Virus record (IMG/VR): IMGVR_UViG_3300032523_001141
Span: 55,991-119,990 of that record
Source: a virus
DNA length: 64,000 bases
Strand: one strand, 5' to 3'
Positions 56,321-64,000 of this stretch are shown here, piece by piece. Below the pieces are notes generated by a model. The model worked only from the letters and a program-made list of their open reading frames with translations. It made no database searches and had not been told where the DNA came from. The translations under genes were made by a program, and so were the position numbers. The stretch's first letter is position 1; every line of letters begins with the position of its first letter.

Positions 56321-56565
56321 TTTTTAAATTTGACCACAAGATACGTTCCAAGAAATGCGCCGGCGGCTAGCGGTAGGATATAAACTGGATTTCTTGAGTA
56401 CGTCATGACGCCAAGCGCGGCCAACGTATAAATTCCCGAAGTCATGGTTGCCGCCACGACCGGCTGCCTATTGTTTACAGCAATAATATACCATGCGTAG
56501 AGTACATCAATTACAACGTACACGCAAAAAATAGTAAACGCAGTCTGCAGGTCAAAGTCTTTCAT
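56317..56565 (-). CDS. Small three-TM membrane protein
   Basis: 82 aa hydrophobic; GAFLGTYLVV. Confidence 0.6.
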   Translation of the reverse strand: MKDFDLQTAFTIFCVYVVIDVLYAWYIIAVNNRQPVVAATMTSGIYTLAALGVMTYSRNPVYILPLAAGAFLGTYLVVKFKK

Positions 56566-56909
56566 AGTACAGACTGCATAAAACTACGTTCGTACGCCGA
56601 ATACACCTCGCTGTACGCGACGCCCCACGCCGGGTCATGCGCAAGTTTATTGAACAGCTCATCGGTGGGGGCAGCGTCCAGCATGTGGTTCCACGCCCGC
56701 GCGTGCGCCCACTCGTGGACTAGCACGTCCATGGCGCGGGCCTCGTCCAGCGAGGTGTCAATTTGAATAAGAAATTTTTTACCTTGTTTCCAACAACGGC
56801 CTTCAAGTCTTTTATTTAACTTTATGCGGCGGACTGATATGGGGTATGCGGGCGGGACCGCCGCCCGAAGCGCCTTAATCAGGTTTTTGTAAGTCTTGAA
56901 ATTGGCCAT
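56562..56909 (-). CDS. Zincin-like (SprT/ImmA-like) metalloprotein
   Basis: GRC...IQID...LVHEWAH...HDPAWG. Confidence 0.7.
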   Translation of the reverse strand: MANFKTYKNLIKALRAAVPPAYPISVRRIKLNKRLEGRCWKQGKKFLIQIDTSLDEARAMDVLVHEWAHARAWNHMLDAAPTDELFNKLAHDPAWGVAYSEVYSAYERSFMQSVL

Positions 56910-57003
56910 TCCTTGGCTCCTTATCCCGCAGCCTTTGCGGTTAGTCAGTGTCGCACAGTATGTACTTTGGGGGTAGAGCTATTTTACGGAAACGGCCTCC
57001 TTC

Positions 57004-60000
57004 TCAGTCGTCAGCATTAGGGTCTGAACCGACTAGGAAATCTCGGAGCTTTTCGTAAGTTGTCCGCTTATCGTCTGGCTCGTCTTTAAATTCTTTTTCA
57101 GCTATTACTTTGTGTTTCTTTGGCGAAAGGTATTTTTGATACGCCAACCCCGGGATTGGCGTGCCAACATATAATCGGGGGGCGCGATTTCCAAACGTCA
57201 TGCTTGTGCCCGGAATAATTTTTTTCAGTGTGAGGCTAGGCCCGCCAAGTGATAAATTAAGCGCCATATTCTCGTTTACTGGAAAACGTTTGTACCAACG
57301 AAAACCAGCCTGCTTGCCGAACGCCACAAGTTCTGCGCTGCATTTACATCGCCATTTGCGTAGTGATTTGTTAATGCGCGAGTCAGGATCGTTAGCGGTA
57401 CTGGCGCCGGTGTTCACCCGCTTCATGCCGCACATGCGGGAACAAAACGAATTCTGCCGATCTGCCCGTTCGCCGGTCGGTTTGCTTTCTGTAACAGGCG
57501 CTTTTAAATTTCCCCCGGTTGCGCGCTCGTAACTTTTTCGGCCCTTTTCATTAAGACCGCCCTCTTCGTTCTTGCCCGCTGAGCGCTGCCAAGCCGGCGT
57601 TCCGCCGGCTTCTTTTTGATTTTTGCCCTCTGCTGTATCCGCAAAACACTCGTCGTCGCTGTCTAAATCTTCGGGGTCCGGGGGCAGTGAAAGCTGCATG
57701 CTGGTAAGCGCAGCTAATGCTTCATTACCCGCAGCGCGTTTGCCAAACTCAAGCGCGGCTGTCTTTTTAGTGCCCATCTCGCGCAGCAACTCTCGGAAAC
57801 GTTCGTTGAGCTTTTCTTTTTCGTTAGATAGTCTTTCCAAGATCTCGTCTCCTGTGCGTTCGCGGCGGTGGCCCATTAGCTTGCCCAGCCAGCTCGGCTC
57901 TTCTGACTTTGAGATAAACCGCTGCACACGTACGTCTTTAAGTTCTTCTGGTAAATCGTCGTGGCTGTCAAAGCGCAGACCACGGCCACGCGCCTGCTGT
58001 GTGCGGCTTTCATGCCAATGCGGGTCCAAGAGCTGAATCAAGTTAGTGCCCTTTGTAGACAAGCCTTCGGCGCCAGCAGGGCCAATTAACAGTGCGCGGA
58101 GCTTGCCGGCGTTATAATCCGAAAGCGCCCTCTGTCGCGCTTTCATTGGGACGCCGCCGTGAAACACGCCGTACGGCACATTAAATTTATCTAGTGCTGC
58201 GGCATAAGGCTCTACACCTGCGCCAATATGATTTGAGTAAATAATCGCTTTTTTGCGCGGATCAGAGTCGAGCATTTCTTGTAACTTGGAATAGGCGTTT
58301 TGAAGCTTTCCAGACTGCTGAAATGACTTAAATGCGTCGTTATCTTGGCGGAATGGCCGAGTGCTCACCGAGTTCTGCCGCAAGCCAGTTAAAAAGCTAT
58401 TGAGCTTTGCCAACTCGTCTTTGCTCAGCGGAAACTCGCGGTCTAGTTTCCAGAGAAAACCCGGCGGAATCTTTGTACGCAGCGCTTTCTGAATCTTCTG
58501 CTGCGAACCAGACATCGGGACTTCAATCTTCTCTTCGTTGACGTTCACGCCCTCAGGAGTTTTGCTGGCTTGGTAATCAACGCGACCCTCAAGCAAGCTG
58601 CGCAACTCCGCCTCGTTTTTAATAACAGGCTTTACGCCGGGCTTTACACCGCCAAGAAAATTAAACAAACCCGGGTGCACGGTCTTGTAACCAATAAACT
58701 TCTTCTCAAACTCTTGCGGGGAAATATTCTTTCGCGCAACAATCGAAATAAGATTAGCAAGGTCCGTCGGCGAGTTCGTGATGGGCGAGCCGGTCAGCAG
58801 TAAGACGCGCTTGGCTTGGTTAGCAGCCTCGCGGGCAGCTTGAGCCGCAGATCCCCCGGGGTTTCTAAGCCTGTGCGCTTCGTCCATAATGAGCGTCTGC
58901 GGAGCGCCCTTAAACTTCTTGCCCATTCCAAGCGCTGTATAGCTCAAGATCTCGGGGCTTGAGCCGGTCGTGAATTTCTCGACTTCTTTCTGGAAGTTCC
59001 CCCGCAAACTTGCCGGGGCTACGATTCCATAGTCGTCCTGATATTTCTTTTTAGCAGCTTCGGCAGCAGCAAGGGCCGAGAGAGATTTTCCAGAACCTAA
59101 CCCGTGATACAAAATCATCCGCGGGTTTTCGTCGTTTACGGCATCTTGAATGCGCTCTTGATGCGGCTGAAGATTAACTTCGGGAAGCAGAGCGGATTGC
59201 TTGGTTAGCTCGCCAAACCGCTTGCGTAATGATTCTTTGTCAGCAAACTGTTCGATGTTTTTCATATGATCGACCAGCTTCACAATATGCGCTTTTGTTG
59301 GCGTAACGTCATTCGGAACAGCCCAGCCAAGATTAGGGTCTGTTGCTGGTGGCGGTGAATACTTATCAGATGCGTATTCGTAAACGTGGCCCTCGGGGAG
59401 CAGCTCGTTGTCTTTGTGGATAAGAAGCTTTGGATTCTCACCACCCACAACAGCCATACCGCGGCGATCCTTAGCCAAAGCGTATAGCGCAGCCCAATTT
59501 ATATTGTCAGCCCCGTAAACTCCCGCGCCACCCATGTTCGGCTGAGTGGCTTTGAGCGACGTTAAGCCGGGCGTAGTTGAGCCGTGGTAGAACGTCTTTT
59601 GCGCCGCCACTTTCTCTGCTACATACTTCTGCATAGCTTTTGTTTTGTATGTATCAAGCATCTCGTCTACTGCACCATTTCGCGGCTCGTTAGTGACCAA
59701 TTTCGCAGGGTCGATTCCCCAATTACGTAACGCCCAGCCGCGCCTTGGAGTTGGGTTTTTAGCAAATGGCTTACCATGGCGCGCTTTAAAACTCAGCCAA
59801 CGCTTAATCTGCCGGGTGTCTTCCTCAGGAATCCTACGGCCAGACGAATACCGCTTGTACCACTGCGCCCAGCCCTTTGGGTCGTGCTCTGACACCCATT
59901 CGGGCTTCCATTCGCCCAGACTAGCTAACCTTGGCCCTTGGCCCCTGTACAGCGAGTCATACACGCCCAGAGCTTCAAGCTGTTCGGGTGTGTAATCAGG

Positions 60001-60039
60001 CTGGAACTTGGCCGCGGTGTCAGTGGGTTGTTCATCCAT
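57004..60039 (-). CDS. Polyvalent protein: GWxQWY domain + ART-like domain + SNF2-type helicase + DUF6321-like + DUF4236-like
   Basis: DPKGWAQWYKRY; FYHGS...GVY; HGLGSGKS, DEAH, TGSP, QARGRGLR; WQRSAGKNEEGGLN...SFCSRM; GFRWYKR. Confidence 0.8.
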   Translation of the reverse strand: MDEQPTDTAAKFQPDYTPEQLEALGVYDSLYRGQGPRLASLGEWKPEWVSEHDPKGWAQWYKRYSSGRRIPEEDTRQIKRWLSFKARHGKPFAKNPTPRRGWALRNWGIDPAKLVTNEPRNGAVDEMLDTYKTKAMQKYVAEKVAAQKTFYHGSTTPGLTSLKATQPNMGGAGVYGADNINWAALYALAKDRRGMAVVGGENPKLLIHKDNELLPEGHVYEYASDKYSPPPATDPNLGWAVPNDVTPTKAHIVKLVDHMKNIEQFADKESLRKRFGELTKQSALLPEVNLQPHQERIQDAVNDENPRMILYHGLGSGKSLSALAAAEAAKKKYQDDYGIVAPASLRGNFQKEVEKFTTGSSPEILSYTALGMGKKFKGAPQTLIMDEAHRLRNPGGSAAQAAREAANQAKRVLLLTGSPITNSPTDLANLISIVARKNISPQEFEKKFIGYKTVHPGLFNFLGGVKPGVKPVIKNEAELRSLLEGRVDYQASKTPEGVNVNEEKIEVPMSGSQQKIQKALRTKIPPGFLWKLDREFPLSKDELAKLNSFLTGLRQNSVSTRPFRQDNDAFKSFQQSGKLQNAYSKLQEMLDSDPRKKAIIYSNHIGAGVEPYAAALDKFNVPYGVFHGGVPMKARQRALSDYNAGKLRALLIGPAGAEGLSTKGTNLIQLLDPHWHESRTQQARGRGLRFDSHDDLPEELKDVRVQRFISKSEEPSWLGKLMGHRRERTGDEILERLSNEKEKLNERFRELLREMGTKKTAALEFGKRAAGNEALAALTSMQLSLPPDPEDLDSDDECFADTAEGKNQKEAGGTPAWQRSAGKNEEGGLNEKGRKSYERATGGNLKAPVTESKPTGERADRQNSFCSRMCGMKRVNTGASTANDPDSRINKSLRKWRCKCSAELVAFGKQAGFRWYKRFPVNENMALNLSLGGPSLTLKKIIPGTSMTFGNRAPRLYVGTPIPGLAYQKYLSPKKHKVIAEKEFKDEPDDKRTTYEKLRDFLVGSDPNADD

Positions 60040-60048
60040 TGCCCGGCC

Positions 60049-60297
60049 CTAAAACAGTTTCTTTATTGCCTTGTAAACTGCAAATATACCAAATCCGGCC
60101 GAAACTAACCCAAGATAGCGCGGCCACGTATAAACCCCGGTAAACCAGTGCACGCCTAAAAAAACAGCTAAACAGCCAATAAGTACAGCCATCCATAAAT
60201 TAAGCCAATACACGCTAAATGATAAAACCAGCGCCAACGGGCCGCACAGGTGGGTAAAAATAAATAACCATACAACTAACAGGGCAAGGCTTTCCAT
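60049..60297 (-). CDS. Small membrane protein
   Basis: 82 aa, three hydrophobic helices. Confidence 0.6.
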   Translation of the reverse strand: MESLALLVVWLFIFTHLCGPLALVLSFSVYWLNLWMAVLIGCLAVFLGVHWFTGVYTWPRYLGLVSAGFGIFAVYKAIKKLF

Positions 60298-60301
60298 AAG
60301 T

Positions 60302-61135
60302 CTATTTTTCTAGTGTGTGAAGGTGGGGGCTCAGCGTTAACCGACTTTGAATGCTGAGCTCATGCAACTCGATTTGCGAGTTAATCCAGTCATAATACAG
60401 GCTCACGCGCGTATGGCCGGATTCTGTATGATACCGGCTGTCTGGTTTTTTTCCGATATCACACATGACAAACGAGTGAATGCCGGCTAGTTTGTTACCG
60501 AGAAAAAGGCCGCCGCCTGAGTCTCCTGAGCAAATTAAATACTCAAGCTCAGTTCGGTTTTGCTGGCTAGGGGTAAGAATAAGCGCAGGGCCGCGGGCTA
60601 GCTCTATTTTATTGCTGCCCGCGCGCCGTTTTTCGTCATCAGCGTTTGGGCCCGTTAAGAATGTGCCGTTTGAGCCATAGCCGGCCAAGCTGCAAATCTG
60701 GTCTTGCTCGTCAAAGTCTTTATAGAGTTCTGGATAAAACGCTAATTTCATATCATCGGCGATATAGCACAGCGCTATGTCGTGCAGGCCCAAAATTTGA
60801 GGCTCTGGCGTATAGTCTGCGTGAATAATCTGCTTTGCAACCGCGACCGTACGGCCGTCGTCAAACATTAGTACCGCTTCGTCGGCTTCATAAAGCACGT
60901 GCGCGGCTGTAATTGCCCAATTGGGCCGTATGAGCACCGCAGACGCAAAAGCCGTCGTGCGGCCATTTTTGCGGGGATAGATAGCCCGCAAACGAGCGAC
61001 GCAATTAAATTTTGCGCCATAAGCAAGATATTTAGTATCTGGAGTGTTGGGGTCGCGGGTGCCTGAGTAACTTGGGGCTGGTAGAAGAAGCGTAATACCC
61101 AAAATTAAAGATAGCAATAGATTGACGCGTCGCAT
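60302..61135 (-). CDS. Secreted trypsin-like serine protease
   Basis: Signal peptide; TAAHV, HDIAL, GDSGGG catalytic triad; SD AAGGAGG. Confidence 0.9.
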   Translation of the reverse strand: MRRVNLLLSLILGITLLLPAPSYSGTRDPNTPDTKYLAYGAKFNCVARLRAIYPRKNGRTTAFASAVLIRPNWAITAAHVLYEADEAVLMFDDGRTVAVAKQIIHADYTPEPQILGLHDIALCYIADDMKLAFYPELYKDFDEQDQICSLAGYGSNGTFLTGPNADDEKRRAGSNKIELARGPALILTPSQQNRTELEYLICSGDSGGGLFLGNKLAGIHSFVMCDIGKKPDSRYHTESGHTRVSLYYDWINSQIELHELSIQSRLTLSPHLHTLEK

Positions 61136-61229
61136 GTTCGCCTCCTTGCGGCTGAGTGCTGCGTTATAAAATGTGCATAGTATCCCCCGGCGTTAACTCA
61201 TAGTTTATCGAAAAGAGGCGCGATGGCTG

Positions 61230-62513
61230 CTATTTGTGTTTAAGCTCTAATTGCGGCGCACCAGCTTCATTCATAAACTGCATGCTTTTTGGTTCTGTAA
61301 ACCTAAACCGCTGGCTTACCCACGGATGCTCTTCAGTAAGCACGTTGTCCCAGAAAAGCCGGCCGAGCAAGCTGCCAATAAAAGACGTATTTGTTTGGTC
61401 TTTTGAATAGCCGGGCAGCTCTGCTTGCGCGCCATACCACTTTGGATTCAAAACTTTTCGGCCGGTGATCGCGTCCCAGATGTATTTCTTCTCGTTAGAA
61501 GTTGGCGTAACGTCCCACCGATCAAGCACGCGGCCTTCAAGATTTTTACCGTCTGGCTTTGTCGCAAGCAGCTGATCGCCAAGCAGCGTACTAGAACCAA
61601 ACAAGCCAAAATCTGATGTAGTGACTCCGCTAGAGCCGCTATTCATATTGGCTATAGAACTTTGTGGAGACACCAGCATTTCATTCCTATGTTGCATTGA
61701 TGCGCCGTGCTCGTCTTTGGTTTTCCACGGCAAATTGGTTGGCATAAACAAATTATTCAAGCGCCGCAGATAATCCGGTGACTTCTCGTTAAGCGAGTAA
61801 TAGTCTGGGCCTTTGCCGCCTTTATTTTTCTGCCAGTAATCTGCCCCCGCGTCACTATGCACGCCAAAAGACCGCCGAGTAAGTTCACGGCGCGATTGCA
61901 CAACGTCGTCAAGTACATCTTTGTTCCCGCCCAACGCTGGCAAAAGTGCCTTGAGCTCTTCGGGGTCGTAGGCCGGCTTGTCTGCAAAAAACGCGCGACC
62001 AAATTGCGCAAAAGATTTAGGCGTTAAATCAGCGCTGCCGTACCCAGCCGGAATTTTAACGTTAGAGATATACCGACGCGCGCGGTCACCGACAACATTT
62101 GCGCCCACGCCACCGATTGCCGCGCCCGTAAGAATACGCCGCAATGCTGTCGGCAACTTTTTCTTGTCTTTAGGCGTCGGAGAAAGCATGTCATAAAGCG
62201 CGCCACCACCAGCTCCCGCAGCAGCTCCAAGCAGAATATCCTTGGTATGCACGCCCGGCAGCTGCGCTTTAATGCTCTGCCAGTCTGCAGCTTTTAAAAG
62301 TTTCTTGCGCTGCTGGTCTTCCTGATGCCGTTTATACAGCAGCATTAAGCCCAGTGCGCCGACGCCTGCAAGCGGCACGCCAGCAGCCAAATAACCCTTT
62401 GGGATATTGGAGTATGGCGTGTACGTGTTCGTAAACCCCGGCTCAGTGTTTGCACTTAGCGTGGGGTCTGTCTGTGCAATTTGTGCCGCGTCGTCAACGG
62501 TGAAGTCTGCCAT
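61230..62513 (-). CDS. Glycine-zipper modular protein (LKAAD linker)
   Basis: 427 aa; GAAAGAGGGALY, GAAIGGVG. Confidence 0.65.
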   Translation of the reverse strand: MADFTVDDAAQIAQTDPTLSANTEPGFTNTYTPYSNIPKGYLAAGVPLAGVGALGLMLLYKRHQEDQQRKKLLKAADWQSIKAQLPGVHTKDILLGAAAGAGGGALYDMLSPTPKDKKKLPTALRRILTGAAIGGVGANVVGDRARRYISNVKIPAGYGSADLTPKSFAQFGRAFFADKPAYDPEELKALLPALGGNKDVLDDVVQSRRELTRRSFGVHSDAGADYWQKNKGGKGPDYYSLNEKSPDYLRRLNNLFMPTNLPWKTKDEHGASMQHRNEMLVSPQSSIANMNSGSSGVTTSDFGLFGSSTLLGDQLLATKPDGKNLEGRVLDRWDVTPTSNEKKYIWDAITGRKVLNPKWYGAQAELPGYSKDQTNTSFIGSLLGRLFWDNVLTEEHPWVSQRFRFTEPKSMQFMNEAGAPQLELKHK

Positions 62514-62545
62514 GAAAAAAGCTTCCTAATGTGTGAGCCGCTTTT

Positions 62546-63991
62546 TCAGCCTTCTTCGTCGCTACCGTCTTGTTTCTTTTTCTTCTTCTTGCTCATAAGG
62601 TGATACGCCAGCGCGGATAACCCAGCAGCGCCAAGCCCAGCACCGCCAATTGCGCCCCACGGCAAGTCAGCTAAACCAGCCATAGCGCTTGGCGCGTCAG
62701 CTTTAGGGGCGTCAGCTTTAGGGGCGTCAGCTTTAGGGGCGTCAGCTTTAGGGGCGTCAGCTTTAGGGGCGGCGGGTTTGGTGCCACGTGGGAATGGCGT
62801 CATACCCGGCTTATCGGGGCCGGTAAAAAGCTCAGGGCCGAGCGTGCTGGCCGCATAAGCGCCCTCGCCTATTGCTTTACCGGCGCTAAGCCGCGCGTTG
62901 TTTACCGCAGATGCGCCCGAGCTTATTGCGTTACCGGCACTACTCGCAGCACTACGGCCGGCGTTAAGTAACGACGCCAGCAGCGTGAGTTTTTCCGGAA
63001 CAAGGTCGAGTTTCTGCCCCCCGACTGGCGGCATTCGCGACGGTGCTTGCCCGGGCGCATACTCAGAAGCGTACGGCGACATTTTTGCCGGCATTTGATC
63101 TAGCAGATTAGATCGCACCGGCCGACTCGAGGACGGCGCAACATTACCTGTTAAATTCTCTAAATCATATGCGACCTTCCAGCCAAACGCGTAAGCGCTT
63201 TTTTGGCCAGAGTTATGAATGTCTTTTTCAGCGTGCTCGGTCTCTTCGGTAGCTTCTACGCCGCCGTTAGCTTTTGAAATAGCCTCGTCGGCGTCCATGG
63301 CTTGCATCGGGCCAGTTTGATACACGCCGCGGTCATAATTCTTGTACATGCCCGAATCACACGGAACGCACTTGCTCTTAGCTTCTTTTTTGGCTTTTTC
63401 CTTGTATTCGCTGTCGCTGCTGTTAAATAGCTCGGCGCTCGGCTTCTCGCCCGCAGCTTCAGCCCGCATCAGCGCGTTGTTAAAGCTCTCGTGGTCGGGC
63501 AGCTTCTTTTTAGTCTCGTCTTTTGGGGCCCGTTCGTAGAAGTCCACGCGGTTTGCGACCTTGCGGCCAAAATTAGCCGCGCCAGATTTCACAGGAAGCC
63601 GAGGAGGCGGCGGAGGAGGCATAGCCGGCGAAGGGTTGCCCGCACCAGCACGACGCGCGGCAAATTCCCGAAATTGCGGACCCATGACCTGCTGCAGTTC
63701 TTGAGGAGTACCGCCGCCAGCGTTAAGACGAGCTCGCATAGCCGAGTCCGCGTTTTGTTGCGTTGCGCGGGTGACCACGGGAGCTCGACTAGTCGGCAGA
63801 GTATATCCTAGGCCAGCGTCATTCATGCGCTTCATTTCAGCCATTTCAGTTGGCGTTAATTTGGGTGGCGTCGCAGGAGTGGCCGCAGGAGTGGCCGCAG
63901 GAGTGGCCGCAGGAGTGGCCGCAGGAGGTTTGGGCGCAAGAGGTTTGGGCGCAAGAGGTTTGGGCGGAGCAGGCATAGGCGGAGCAGGCAT
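62546..63991 (-). CDS. Pro/Ala-rich modular protein with C-terminal TM and poly-Lys (start may lie beyond the window)
   Basis: KSGAANFGRKVA and KSAYAFGWKVA linkers; PKADA, PAAT and PKPLA repeats. Confidence 0.65.
   Translation of the reverse strand: MPAPPMPAPPKPLAPKPLAPKPPAATPAATPAATPAATPATPPKLTPTEMAEMKRMNDAGLGYTLPTSRAPVVTRATQQNADSAMRARLNAGGGTPQELQQVMGPQFREFAARRAGAGNPSPAMPPPPPPRLPVKSGAANFGRKVANRVDFYERAPKDETKKKLPDHESFNNALMRAEAAGEKPSAELFNSSDSEYKEKAKKEAKSKCVPCDSGMYKNYDRGVYQTGPMQAMDADEAISKANGGVEATEETEHAEKDIHNSGQKSAYAFGWKVAYDLENLTGNVAPSSSRPVRSNLLDQMPAKMSPYASEYAPGQAPSRMPPVGGQKLDLVPEKLTLLASLLNAGRSAASSAGNAISSGASAVNNARLSAGKAIGEGAYAASTLGPELFTGPDKPGMTPFPRGTKPAAPKADAPKADAPKADAPKADAPKADAPSAMAGLADLPWGAIGGAGLGAAGLSALAYHLMSKKKKKKQDGSDEEG
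62694..62770 (-). repeat. 15-bp tandem repeat x5 encoding PKADA
   Basis: GCGTCAGCTTTAGGG repeated five times. Confidence 0.9.
63873..63990 (-). repeat. 12-bp (PAAT) x4 and 15-bp (PKPLA/MPAPP) tandem repeats
   Basis: GCAGGAGTGGCC x4, then GAGGTTTGGGCGCAA-type units. Confidence 0.85.
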
Positions 63992-64000
63992 TTTCGGGAC

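Noticed and set aside
62694-63990. Tandem repeats as a possible CRISPR array
   Set aside because: Units are 12-15 bp, have no spacers, are in-frame within a coding region, and no cas genes are present
1-64000. Stop-codon reassignment, as seen in some jumbo phages
   Set aside because: Genes tile densely under code 11; TAA, TAG and TGA all end recognisable full-length genes; no suppressor tRNA

Overview
This window is part of a large (jumbo-type) contractile-tailed phage genome. Essentially all genes lie on the minus strand and use standard code 11. From low to high coordinates it contains: the tape-measure start with its frameshifted tail-assembly chaperones; a baseplate hub/spike, tail tube, sheath and neck genes; major capsid, scaffold and prohead protease; fibre/adhesin-like genes; a phage multisubunit RNA polymerase (beta fused to the catalytic N-half of beta', plus a separate beta' C-half, both canonical Zn sites lost); a protease/holin-rich putative lysis block; an actin-fold ATPase; GT9 glycosyltransferases; two tRNAs; and ferritin, PhoH, cupin, AlkB and trypsin genes. 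The most notable pattern is a recurrent K-x-A motif in head-associated proteins. It falls at the domain boundaries of two multi-enzyme polyproteins (2H-phosphoesterase/NUDIX and ART-like/SNF2), which suggests protease-processed, capsid-packaged effector cargo. Three intergenic structured-RNA candidates are also visible. All family calls come from motif recognition by eye, not from database searches.
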